In this document: positions 9,075 to 18,324 of the stretch, piece after piece
Numbering within the stretch: position 1 is the stretch's first letter
Layout: each line of letters starts with the position of its first letter
NCBI GenBank assembly: GCA_000175855.1
Contig: ACYB01000046.1
Span: 1-32,000, forward strand
Direction of reading: 5' to 3'
Source of the DNA: Raphidiopsis brookii D9
GTDB taxonomy: Bacteria > Cyanobacteriota > Cyanobacteriia > Cyanobacteriales > Nostocaceae
DNA: 32,000 bases
Translations under genes and position numbers: made by a program
The notes under the pieces: generated by a model
Told to the model about the DNA's origin: nothing
The model's database searches: none
The model's input: only the letters and a program-made list of their open reading frames with translations

Positions 9075-9737
9075 ATGACTACACTTAATCTAGTCAAATT
9101 GCCAATCACTACCATTGAAATTGCACCCGGTAGTCACTTGTTGATTCACGATGTTACTTGGCAGCAATATGAAGCTTTATATAAAGATTGGGGAGATGAA
9201 CGCCGAGTGCCCCGAATGAACTATTGCAATGGAACCCTGGAAATTATGTCTCCCCTTCCTGCTCATGAACGTCCTCATCGCATTATTTCTGATATTGTCA
9301 AAACCCTATTAGATGCTGAAAACAGAGCTTGGGAAGATTTTGGCTCTACCACCTTTAAAAAACCAGAACAAGCAGGTCTGGAACCAGATACCTGTTTTTA
9401 CATAGACAATGCGGATCGTGTTCGCCCCTTGATGCGAATGAATATGGAAACGGATCCGCCACCAGACTTAGCAATTGAGAGTGACCTTACTTCTAAAACC
9501 ACCTTAGAGACCTACCTGATCCTACAGGTTCCTGAGATCTGGATTTATGAAAATGATCGTCTAACAATTTACCTGCTAGAAAAAAAGAACCATCAAAACA
9601 ACTATCAAAAGACTACCACCAGTGGAGTCTTTCCATCCCTGAGTATTACAGATCTTATTCCAGAGTTAGTACAGCAAGCGATCAAACAGGGAACAAGCAC
9701 TATGTTACGCAACCTGCGCCATCAATTGTCCACTTGA
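9075..9737 (+). CDS. Uma2 family (DUF820) endonuclease
   Basis: HDVTWQQYEAL, NGTLEIMSPLPAHERPHRII, GLEPDTCFYI and PPDLAIESD are typical Uma2 PD-(D/E)XK-like motifs. Confidence 0.85.
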   Translation: MTTLNLVKLPITTIEIAPGSHLLIHDVTWQQYEALYKDWGDERRVPRMNYCNGTLEIMSPLPAHERPHRIISDIVKTLLDAENRAWEDFGSTTFKKPEQAGLEPDTCFYIDNADRVRPLMRMNMETDPPPDLAIESDLTSKTTLETYLILQVPEIWIYENDRLTIYLLEKKNHQNNYQKTTTSGVFPSLSITDLIPELVQQAIKQGTSTMLRNLRHQLST

Positions 9738-9882
9738 CTTATTAAATAGATTGTAATAGAATAAGGGGCAGTTCTTTTTTATACTTATTTGAATTATTAT
9801 TATGAAATTTTATGAAATTTTAAATTTTAAATTTTAAAAAAGTTGATTAGGATAAACTAAGTGGAAACAACAAGAGTAACTT

Positions 9883-10972
9883 ATGACTGAATCGGCCAAC
9901 ACAGAAAACCACCAGGAAAATACTCACAAAAGTAATACAGCTGAAGAGTTACTAGTAAAACTAAGACAAAAAAAAGGTAATTGGGTAGAGTGGGGAAATG
10001 CGATCGCCTATTTACAAAAAAATGGCTATAATCCCCAGGATATTTTTGAAGCTACAGGATTTGAACCGATTCAGCAAAATCAGGTGGTTGTTGGTGCACA
10101 AGTTTACAGCTCCCTAGAAAAATTCGGCGCATCAGAAGCTACCAAAGCCTACTACGGAACAAGAGCCAGTGACATTCTTTACGAACTGAGACTATTAACC
10201 CAGGGAGATAGAGCGACAGCTGCGGAATTTAATTTTTGCCCACAAGCTGGATGTGGATGAAGCAAGGGAAATTGCTAAAGCTATTAAAGACTTCTCCCGA
10301 TTTTCCACTCCCCCAGAAGGATTCAGTACCCATCCAGGAGACGCTGTTGGTTACCAATGCTGGAAACTGGCTAGACAAAACTCAGACCTGCAAGAGAGGT
10401 CTCGTTTAATTGCCAAAGGATTGCGTTTTGTGCAATCGAGTACAGCCAGAAAACAGATTGAACAATTACTAACGGACTTTACCATTGTTCCCCAGCGCAA
10501 TGCGCCCTTGCTTCCCTATTTTCGACTAGAGTCTGATGAAGAACTGCCCAGATTAGTTCCCGTGGTAGGAGAATTACCCCTAACCCCAGAGGATGTCAAG
10601 TCAGTACCGCTAATTATAGAAGAAGCCCCTTTTAACATAGTTAAATTTGCTGGTGAGCAAGCTTGGGTAGCATTACCGGGATGGCAAGTGTTGCGTTCTG
10701 CGGAAGATCCAATAGTGATAATTGGGGAGAGCAACATTTTTCCCCAGAGCAAATCTAGCAAAACCGAACAGATTCTAATTGTGATAGATAGAGACCAAAG
10801 AGATTGGGATGAGGGGGGTTATTTTGCCTTTGACAATGATGGAGAAGTGGATTTTCAGTGGTTTGAAACTCAACCAGAGCAGACAATATTAGGACGCATA
10901 ATTGTCATTTTACGTCCTAAAAAAGTTTTAGACGAAGACTTTACCAAAGATAGTTGGCAAATTGATGAGTGA
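9883..10972 (+). pseudogene. raf1: RuBisCO accumulation factor 1 (Raf1), interrupted as read by a +1 nt frameshift in a T5 run
   Basis: AEELLVKLRQKKGNWVEWGNAI, ATGFEPIQQNQVVVGAQVYSSL and, in the next frame, HKLDVDEAREIAKAIKDFSRF...HPGDAVGYQCWKLAR. The combined length of ~362 aa fits Raf1. Confidence 0.85.
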
Positions 10973-10978
10973 TGAGAT

Positions 10979-11641
10979 ATGGAAAAATTAACCCTGTCCA
11001 AGATTTCTAAAGCTGATTTAAAAAGATTTGTGCAATTAGAGGAAAAGGGAATTGGGAGTTATGAGTGGTTAAACCTTGAGAGTATAACCATAACTCAAGA
11101 CGAACAGCAACAGGTGGGGTATATACAATCTCATTTATTAAATTATTCTATTCATTTAATGAATGAAGCAACCATTTGGGCTAGGGGAATTTACCCCTTT
11201 TTACTGTTAGCGGAAAGGGGTAAAATTCAAGCATTAGCGGAAGTATTGTTGCAAGCAAAATATCCTCAATTTGAATTGGAAGGAATTGCCGATGGTTTAC
11301 TAGCTAGGAGTGTGGTTGATAGTGTAGAAGTTCCATATCTGGTGGTGGTAGAAGCGAAAAAGGGTTTAGATAATCAAAATCCTCTATCCCAATTATATGG
11401 ACAACTACTAGCAGCTGGAAGATTAAATTGGCAAGAGGATAGACAAGATCCTCAAGAAGTATATGGGTGTTATACCATTGCTGATGTTTGGACTTTTGTC
11501 CATGGTAAAATTGAAGGTATGGAATCGGAAAAGTTAAGAATGGAACTGGAGTTTTCTAGGGAATATAGTTCCAAAAATGAGGGAGAAATCATCCTAAAAA
11601 TCCTCAAAAAGATTGTTACCAACCATATCAATGTCCATTAG
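10979..11641 (+). CDS. Conserved hypothetical protein with a PD-(D/E)XK nuclease-like motif set
   Basis: NEATIWARGIYPFLLLAE (helix with Glu), ELEGIADGLLA (Asp strand) and YLVVVEAKKG (E-x-K) occur in canonical order. The gene starts 6 nt after the raf1 stop and ends 82 nt before the helicase gene. Confidence 0.55.
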   Translation: MEKLTLSKISKADLKRFVQLEEKGIGSYEWLNLESITITQDEQQQVGYIQSHLLNYSIHLMNEATIWARGIYPFLLLAERGKIQALAEVLLQAKYPQFELEGIADGLLARSVVDSVEVPYLVVVEAKKGLDNQNPLSQLYGQLLAAGRLNWQEDRQDPQEVYGCYTIADVWTFVHGKIEGMESEKLRMELEFSREYSSKNEGEIILKILKKIVTNHINVH

Positions 11642-11723
11642 GGAATTAGGGTGATGTGAGCAATAAGCAAATCACAATAAAATTACCCCGCGACTAATAT
11701 TTAGAAATCATAAGAGCAAATCC

Positions 11724-14081
11724 ATGGAACTTGCGAATTTAACCAATTTAAATAGTGAAAATGGTCAAAAATGGGACTCTCAAGATAGAGAACATAGACT
11801 AGAGGTCAAAATCCAACAGATTCGGCAAAAATTGCGTCCTGGACAGGTGCAAATGGCTGATTGGTTGGGGGGTCCATTAGCTGTTTCCGCTGTCCCTGGT
11901 GCAGGTAAATCCACAGGAATGGCTAGTGCAGCAGCTATTGCCATAGCGCGTCATTACTACTCCCACTCCCGTTCCCAATTAGTCCTAGTGACTTTTACCA
12001 GGTCCGCTGCTATGAATCTGAAATTAAAGATTTGTGAAAAATTGCGGGAATTATCTTTACCACAAAAGGGGTTTGTGATTTATACATTACATGGTTTGGC
12101 TTTAAATATTGCCACTCGTTATCCCCAACTGTCTGGTTTGGAGTTAGACCAGGTGAACTTAATTACTCCTAATCGGAGTCATCGTTTAATTAGTATGGCT
12201 GTAGAGCAGTGGATTAGCAAGCATCCCACTATGTATTATCGTTTATTAGAAGGACACCAATTTGATGGGGAAGAAACGGAGAGACTGCGTCGTCAATCGG
12301 TTTTAAGAACGGAGATTCTGCCAGATTTAGCTTATACGACAATTCACGAGGCTAAAAGTTCTGGGATTGTACCAGAAACTCTCTATCAATGGAGTGAGAA
12401 AACTCAAAACTCCTATCAAGTTTTGCGGATTGCAGCAGGACTATATGAGGAGTATGAAAAGTTAATGAAGTCCCAAGGTTTGATTGATTATGATGATATG
12501 ATTTTGGCAGCTTTAGAAGTTTTTAAAAATCCCGGTGCGTTAGGAATTGAAAAAAATAAGATTTTTGCAGTTTTTGAAGACGAAGCACAAGACTCTAGTC
12601 AGCTACAAACTCAACTATTAGAAATATTGGCGGAAAACAAAGATGGCAACGGAGAAAAAACAACTTTGAATTTGGTCAGGGTTGGTGATTCTAATCAAGC
12701 TATTAATTCCACTTTTACGCCTGCAGATCCCATTTATTTTCGGGAATTTTGTCAACAATGTGCTGGGGAACAAAGACTAGCAACTATGAACCAAGCTGGA
12801 CGCAGTAGTAGAATTATTATTGATGCGGCTAACTTTGTTCTGGAATGGGTAAATCAACAATGGTCTAAAAGGAATCTACAAAATCATTCACCAAAAAAAC
12901 TACCATTTATAAATCAGAAAATTCAAGTCGTCAATATTGGTGATCCTCAAACCGATGCCAATCCTGCACCCGCAGGAAAAGGATTGGAACTACATACACC
13001 TGATGATATTCATCACACTGTTGAGTTGATAGGTCAAAAGATTGTAGAACTCTTCAAAAATAATGTAGGTACTGCAGCTATATTAGTCAGAGAGAATCGC
13101 CAAGGTAAATGGTTGGCAGAAAATATAGAACCAATATGTAAACAGCATCATATCGAACTATATGAGGTAGCAGAAACAGAAAGACATTCCCAAGTACCAA
13201 AAGAAATCTTAGCCCTATTGCAGTTTTGCGATCGCCCCCATTCCCAGGATTTTTTAAAAACTGCATTAACCGTGCTGATGCAAAGACAATTAATAGCTGC
13301 TCAAGACGTTAATAGCTTAGCAATTTTACCCGAGGAATTTTTATATCCTACACCATTCACTAAGGTGCAAACAGAAATAGTTAAGGAAGCTGCTCAACTA
13401 TGTAGAAACTTGTTGCAAGCAGCATGGGAAATACCACCATATCAGATAATTTACTTTTTGGCCTCAAGCCTAAACTATGATCAAGGGGAGTTAGCTACAG
13501 CAGATAAATTAGCAGAAAAAGTTAATCTCCAAATTACTGGGGATAGATCTAGAAGTTCCCTAATTACTGCATTAGTGGAAATAGTCAATTCGGAAAAATT
13601 TGAAGCGGTGGATACAGAAAACCCTGAGGCTAAATATATAAAAAAAGGTCAGTTAACAATTATCACCATGCATAAAGCCAAAGGTCTGGACTGGGACTAT
13701 GTGTTCCTACCCTTTTTGCATGAAAATGTAATTCCTGGCAAATTGTGGGTAAAACCCCAAGGTCAATTTTTAGGTGATTTTAGCCTAGCAGAAGTTGCTC
13801 GCGCCCAAATTCGCACTGCACTACATCAAGGAACAGAAACCAAGCAAAATGCCAATCACAACTCAAATAAAAGTCTTTTTGAGCTTAAACAAGCATGGGA
13901 AGAAGCTAAAGATTTAAAACTAGCAGAGGAATATAGACTACTATATGTAGCCATGACCAGGGCAAAAAAACTCCTCTGGATGTCCGCTGCGAAAAAAGCT
14001 CCCTTCACTTGGACAAAACCACATAGTTTACAAGACCTTTCACCATCTCCAGTATTTACAGCTCTCAACGCGATCTCCTAA
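11724..14081 (+). CDS. UvrD/Rep/PcrA-type superfamily 1 DNA helicase
   Basis: Walker A AVPGAGKST, motif II FEDEAQDSS, motif III RVGDSNQAINSTF, motif V TIITMHKAKGLDWDYVFLP, motif VI EEYRLLYVAMTRAKKLL. Confidence 0.9.
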   Translation: MELANLTNLNSENGQKWDSQDREHRLEVKIQQIRQKLRPGQVQMADWLGGPLAVSAVPGAGKSTGMASAAAIAIARHYYSHSRSQLVLVTFTRSAAMNLKLKICEKLRELSLPQKGFVIYTLHGLALNIATRYPQLSGLELDQVNLITPNRSHRLISMAVEQWISKHPTMYYRLLEGHQFDGEETERLRRQSVLRTEILPDLAYTTIHEAKSSGIVPETLYQWSEKTQNSYQVLRIAAGLYEEYEKLMKSQGLIDYDDMILAALEVFKNPGALGIEKNKIFAVFEDEAQDSSQLQTQLLEILAENKDGNGEKTTLNLVRVGDSNQAINSTFTPADPIYFREFCQQCAGEQRLATMNQAGRSSRIIIDAANFVLEWVNQQWSKRNLQNHSPKKLPFINQKIQVVNIGDPQTDANPAPAGKGLELHTPDDIHHTVELIGQKIVELFKNNVGTAAILVRENRQGKWLAENIEPICKQHHIELYEVAETERHSQVPKEILALLQFCDRPHSQDFLKTALTVLMQRQLIAAQDVNSLAILPEEFLYPTPFTKVQTEIVKEAAQLCRNLLQAAWEIPPYQIIYFLASSLNYDQGELATADKLAEKVNLQITGDRSRSSLITALVEIVNSEKFEAVDTENPEAKYIKKGQLTIITMHKAKGLDWDYVFLPFLHENVIPGKLWVKPQGQFLGDFSLAEVARAQIRTALHQGTETKQNANHNSNKSLFELKQAWEEAKDLKLAEEYRLLYVAMTRAKKLLWMSAAKKAPFTWTKPHSLQDLSPSPVFTALNAIS

Positions 14082-14593
14082 TTACCCTCAAACTCCATCT
14101 CCTCTTGAATATAGTCTATTTCCTCAATTTTTGCTGGTCGCACCACAGCAGTTTTGGGAATTTCAACTATTGGGTTATTGAGAGCGACCATCAAAGGAGA
14201 GATTGGTGCTTGTGTTTGGACACTATCTATCTTCTGTTGTGCTAGTTGCAACCTGGAAGTATTTCCTGGCAAAATTCCTGATAAGGAACCAATAACACAA
14301 GCTGCGATAGCAGCACCACCCCACATCCAATTTATCCGACGACGGAAAATTATGCGTTTCCAAACGAGACTAAATAAGTCCGGAGTCCCAGTATAACAGC
14401 TTCGTATGGGCATAGATCGGACACCATGCCTCAATTTTACCAGTCTCATGTACAAACGCTTACCAGATTCATCCGTTGCCAACCACTGCTCTATCCTTTG
14501 ACGTTCAGTAGCTGTAACTTCATCATCCAAGTATGCGCTTAAAAGTTCAAACTGATCACCTTCATTATATTCCTGATAATTAAACCTATCCAT
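14078..14593 (-). CDS. Anti-sigma factor (membrane-anchored), partner of the upstream ECF sigma
   Basis: It lies 53 nt downstream of the ECF sigma gene on the same strand. It has the N-terminal ELLSAYLDDEVTATERQRIEQWLATD anti-sigma-type helix and one TM segment, WMWGGAAIAACVIGSLSGIL. Confidence 0.65.
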   Translation of the reverse strand: MDRFNYQEYNEGDQFELLSAYLDDEVTATERQRIEQWLATDESGKRLYMRLVKLRHGVRSMPIRSCYTGTPDLFSLVWKRIIFRRRINWMWGGAAIAACVIGSLSGILPGNTSRLQLAQQKIDSVQTQAPISPLMVALNNPIVEIPKTAVVRPAKIEEIDYIQEEMEFEGN

Positions 14594-14646
14594 ATTCGCT
14601 TTAACCTTTCCACGGGTAAACTAGAGAAATTTTCCTGTGAATCCAC

Positions 14647-15318
14647 TTAACTATCTAGATAACTTTGTAGTTGGCTTTGCAGTCGGGAACGGGCTCTAGC
14701 TATTCTAGATTTGACGGTTCCTAGGGAAGCACCAGTAATTTGAGCAATTTCTTCGTATGCTAAACCTTCGATTTCTCTGAGGACTATGGTAGTACGGAAA
14801 ATCTCCGGTAAATCAGCAATAGCTTCCCGCAATTGCTCATAAAATTCCCTAGTTCTTAGTTGTTCTTCCGGACTTGGTGTATTGCTAGCAATTTCCCAAT
14901 CCACTTCCCCATCCCCTGCTAAACGAGGAGCATCTAGGGACAAAGAACTGCCAGATCTTTTGCGCTTACGTAGCTCATCATAAAACAAATTAGTGGCAAT
15001 TCGACTTAACCAACCGCGAAATTTAGCGGGTTCTTGTAATCGGTGAATGTTCCGATATACTCGAATCCACACCTCCTGAGCCAAATCAGCTCTGTCAGAC
15101 CAGTCGGGAGCCAAGTGATATAGTACCCTATCTACCTGGGTCTGATAGCGACGCAGCAATTCAGCAAAAGCTGCTTTGTCCGGGCGCAGTCCAGATTGAC
15201 AGCGCAAAATAAGATCCTGATTCGAGAGTTTATCAACTTGCACCGATGCTTGTGAATAATTGGCATCAACAGTTGACCAGGATACAGCAATAGACTGGCT
15301 CATAGATCCCACTGGCAT
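14647..15318 (-). CDS. ECF-subfamily RNA polymerase sigma-70 factor
   Basis: Region 2 DLAQEVWIRVYRNIHRL...FRGWLSRIATNLFYDELRKRKR. Region 4 EIEGLAYEEIAQITGASLGTVKSRIARARSRL. Confidence 0.9.
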   Translation of the reverse strand: MPVGSMSQSIAVSWSTVDANYSQASVQVDKLSNQDLILRCQSGLRPDKAAFAELLRRYQTQVDRVLYHLAPDWSDRADLAQEVWIRVYRNIHRLQEPAKFRGWLSRIATNLFYDELRKRKRSGSSLSLDAPRLAGDGEVDWEIASNTPSPEEQLRTREFYEQLREAIADLPEIFRTTIVLREIEGLAYEEIAQITGASLGTVKSRIARARSRLQSQLQSYLDS

Positions 15319-15412
15319 AAAATAATCTCTATCTATTAGACTGAATCTAATTTCCTATGTTCCCAACCCAGGTGATGAATTTATTACATAGTCTAAACTC
15401 CAGTTATTTGTA

Positions 15413-16132
15413 ATGGCAAAGAAAAAACCTTTACTACCCATGCTTATGTTACTCTGCTTTGGCACGTCCATTGTCTCTCTGATTGTCCATTGGTATACCT
15501 TTAGTGATACAAATGAGTCCAACAATTCCCCCTCCATGATACTGGGAACAAGTACCAACTCCAATAAGCATAATCCTGATTTCTCTTCGGGTATTACTCT
15601 TGGGGATACCGCTTTGGGTGCTGATATGAACTCTTCATCTAATTCTGGTGATGGGGAAAAAAATACAAGATTGGTAGTCCCTACACAACAAAACAAAACA
15701 AATATTGGGTTAAAAGACTCTCCATCTCCCGAAGCAGGAAATAATCAAACTGATGTGGTCGTCGATTTAAGCGATCGCCGGGTTTATGTTTATCTTTATG
15801 ATCAGGTGGTGGCTAGTTACCCAATTGCAGTTGGTAAAAAGGGTTGGGAGACTCCTACGGGTACTTTTAAAGTTATACATAAGGAGCATCACCCTATTTG
15901 GAAACATCCAATTACGGGAAAAATATTTGAAGCGGGGACAGATAGTCCCCTGGGAGATCGATGGATTGGTTTTTGGTCAGATGGTAAGAATGAAATTGGT
16001 TTCCATGGCACACCTAATAAGGATTTGATTGGTGGTGCTGTGTCTCATGGTTGTTTGAGGATGCGTAATTCTGATGTAAGAATGTTATATGAACAAGTGG
16101 ACTTGGGGACTTTTGTATCAGTACGCCACTAG
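15413..16132 (+). CDS. L,D-transpeptidase (YkuD/ErfK domain) with N-terminal membrane anchor
   Basis: YPIAVGKKGWETPTGTF...GFHGTPNKDLIGGAVSHGCLRMRNSD (catalytic HxxxxxxSxGC motif). Confidence 0.9.
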   Translation: MAKKKPLLPMLMLLCFGTSIVSLIVHWYTFSDTNESNNSPSMILGTSTNSNKHNPDFSSGITLGDTALGADMNSSSNSGDGEKNTRLVVPTQQNKTNIGLKDSPSPEAGNNQTDVVVDLSDRRVYVYLYDQVVASYPIAVGKKGWETPTGTFKVIHKEHHPIWKHPITGKIFEAGTDSPLGDRWIGFWSDGKNEIGFHGTPNKDLIGGAVSHGCLRMRNSDVRMLYEQVDLGTFVSVRH

Positions 16133-17058
16133 TCAATAGTTTTGGTTTTCCAAAACATAGGATCAATGGATTTTCCATTAACATACAAACCCCAATGCAA
16201 ATGGGGACCAGTAGAAGCACCTGTGGAACCCACAGTACCGATGAGATTGCCAGCTTGGACAAAATCACCCTCTTTCACATTAATTCGGTTCAAGTGGAGG
16301 AAAATGCTGGTTACTCCCTGACCATGGTCAATACCCACCGCGTTCCCATGAACCCTAAACCCCTGGGATACCTTCCCCACTAATGCTACTCTCCCCGCTG
16401 CTGGTGCAATTACTGGTGAACCTGCTGCACCCGCATAGTCTAACCCTCGATGATAGTAATCTTGGGCAAATATGCCATTGTAGTAACGTCTGACACCATA
16501 TCTGGTGCTCATCCTCCCTTTATTGGGATTGAGAAACACTCCATTCCAGTATTTTTCCGGTGTTTGTAGTTCCTTGAACTCTTTTACACGAGCTAGTTCA
16601 TAAGCTGTGGCTTTTACTCCTGCTTTTCCTGGTGGTAGATTGATCCTCTGCACCGGAAATTTCCTAGTACCTACTATTACCTCTAATTTTTTTTCCTCTT
16701 GTCCCCCCACTAATATTGTAATTTTTCTTACCCCTGGTTTTTCTAATGGGGTAGTGGGAATCAGGGAACGATAGGTATTTGGGGCGATCGGAAAGGCTGG
16801 ATATGTGTTTTCATCAACTTTAACATTAGGTTTTATAAGATTTTGGATATCGGTATTGGGAGCTTGTTCCGGATCGGGCTTAATTAGTACTGAGATTGTA
16901 TCTCCCAATTTTACCATTTGTGGTAAAATTTGCACTTCCAATGCTTTTGCTGATGGGATGCAAGCTAGGGGAGTAATTGCCAATATTCCCGTGATCACCT
17001 TGCCCAGACTGGTGAGATTAATCACCCGCAACTTATGGTAAGTATTCATCAATTTCAA
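16129..17058 (-). CDS. M23 family peptidoglycan metalloendopeptidase (start TTG 17058 or, more likely, ATG 17049)
   Basis: Signal-like N-terminus. Zinc motifs HRGLDYAG and GSTGASTGPHLHWGLYVNG. Confidence 0.9.
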   Translation of the reverse strand: MKLMNTYHKLRVINLTSLGKVITGILAITPLACIPSAKALEVQILPQMVKLGDTISVLIKPDPEQAPNTDIQNLIKPNVKVDENTYPAFPIAPNTYRSLIPTTPLEKPGVRKITILVGGQEEKKLEVIVGTRKFPVQRINLPPGKAGVKATAYELARVKEFKELQTPEKYWNGVFLNPNKGRMSTRYGVRRYYNGIFAQDYYHRGLDYAGAAGSPVIAPAAGRVALVGKVSQGFRVHGNAVGIDHGQGVTSIFLHLNRINVKEGDFVQAGNLIGTVGSTGASTGPHLHWGLYVNGKSIDPMFWKTKTID

Positions 17059-17079
17059 CCTGGTGACAGTTTTTAAAAA

Positions 17080-18287
17080 TCATTGCTCCAATTGTAACAA
17101 CCCCTTGCAAAAATAAAATATGCTGGTGAATATGATTTCTATCCATAGCATTAGATGATCCAGCCAGGTTAAAATCTGCTCCAATGGGTGTTTTCATAAC
17201 CAATAAATATGGCTTTGATTTCTATCCAATCAGGCTTGAACTGATACTTATTTTGTTCTCCTCCTAATTTGAGTTCACTTTCTTGAATTTGATAGTTTTT
17301 ACTATAACTAGACACTTGTGGGGGTTGACGCGAATCACCATCAGAAAAATCGCTCCCAAATAAATCCTCCCATGTTAACCAACAATCTTCCTTGACTTCA
17401 CCAATATGGGATCTCTGTACTTGTTCCCCGCTAGGGTAAAAACCCACCTGTGATTTGGCTGTGAATTCGTGGGGGAGAATAGGAGCAGTTTCTTCACCCA
17501 TTAAGGTAATTTGTCTAGTTTCAAAAATGTAACCTATTACAGATTGAATTAAGACCAAAATATTGGCACTCCCAACAGTTACATTAGCTGGTAACTGAGC
17601 TTGATCTTCTAACTTAACCAGCATTGCATCTACAAAATTTAAACATTTAGATGCCAAAACCCGTGAATAAGAGAATACACGCGGGGGGAGATCAGCTAGA
17701 ATCTCCATATTACTGTTAGAATAGTTATTTATCTGCTCCTCAATGCTATTAGCAATTTGCTTCTGCTGTATGGGTGTTAAAACATCAAAAACCTTATTGT
17801 TTTCCCCCACAAGGACCAAATCACGACTTGCTAAATTAACCGCAATTGCTTCTATCTTAGGAATATGAGACTGTAATGTTTTGCTTGTTAGAGACTGGTC
17901 ATCTCTTGCACCTGTGGTCAACTTTTGCACAATTCCACCAAACCAACCCCAGGATTTGACATTTTGTAAATTTTCTGATTCCCAGGTAGCTGCAGATGGT
18001 AGACTCCTAACCAGTTCCAATACTTTTACAATTGGTAATTCCATTGGTGTATGGTTATCCAAAGGGGGATACATGGGGTTTTTACCCGAAGTTTTCAGTC
18101 TTTTCCCCACTGCTTTTTCAGGTTGTAATAAATTATAAAGCGGGTAAAGCAAAGCCTGCGCCCCCCATTTTGTTGCCAACTGTAAATTGCGGAAAGCACC
18201 TCCCAATTTTTGGGACAACCGACGAGACTGGTGACTGAAAAATTTAAATACTTGGCTTTGATAAGGACTAGAGGAACCGGAGGACAT
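17080..18287 (-). CDS. Conserved cyanobacterial hypothetical protein; the C-terminal 38 codons are in another frame as read (ORF-track version stops at 17169)
   Basis: The 372-aa ORF ends ...IGYENTHWSRF*. One extra A in the A4 run (plus strand T4 17191-17194) would give GYEKHPLEQILTWLDHLMLWIEIIFTSIFYFCKGLLQLEQ*, ending 21 nt before the M23 gene. Confidence 0.65.
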
Positions 18288-18324
18288 TGCGAATTTATTT
18301 ATTAGTTAATTAGGGTTTGCTTTT

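Noticed and set aside
7645-9737. The islet as a recognisable mobile element
   Set aside because: There is no transposase, integrase, terminal inverted repeat or target-site duplication, so it is described only as accessory-like.
314-18238. Other short antisense or alternate-frame ORFs (314-517, 633-824, 1310-1549, 1664-1933, 2215-2397, 3154-3432, 4126-4317, 4700-4882, 7974-8210, 10516-10761, 13856-14068, 14154-14396, 15355-15696, 15786-16028, 16014-16268, 16195-16383, 16805-17041, 17881-18138, 18032-18238)
   Set aside because: Each is fully embedded in, or overlaps, a longer ORF with clear family motifs. None has a recognisable domain.
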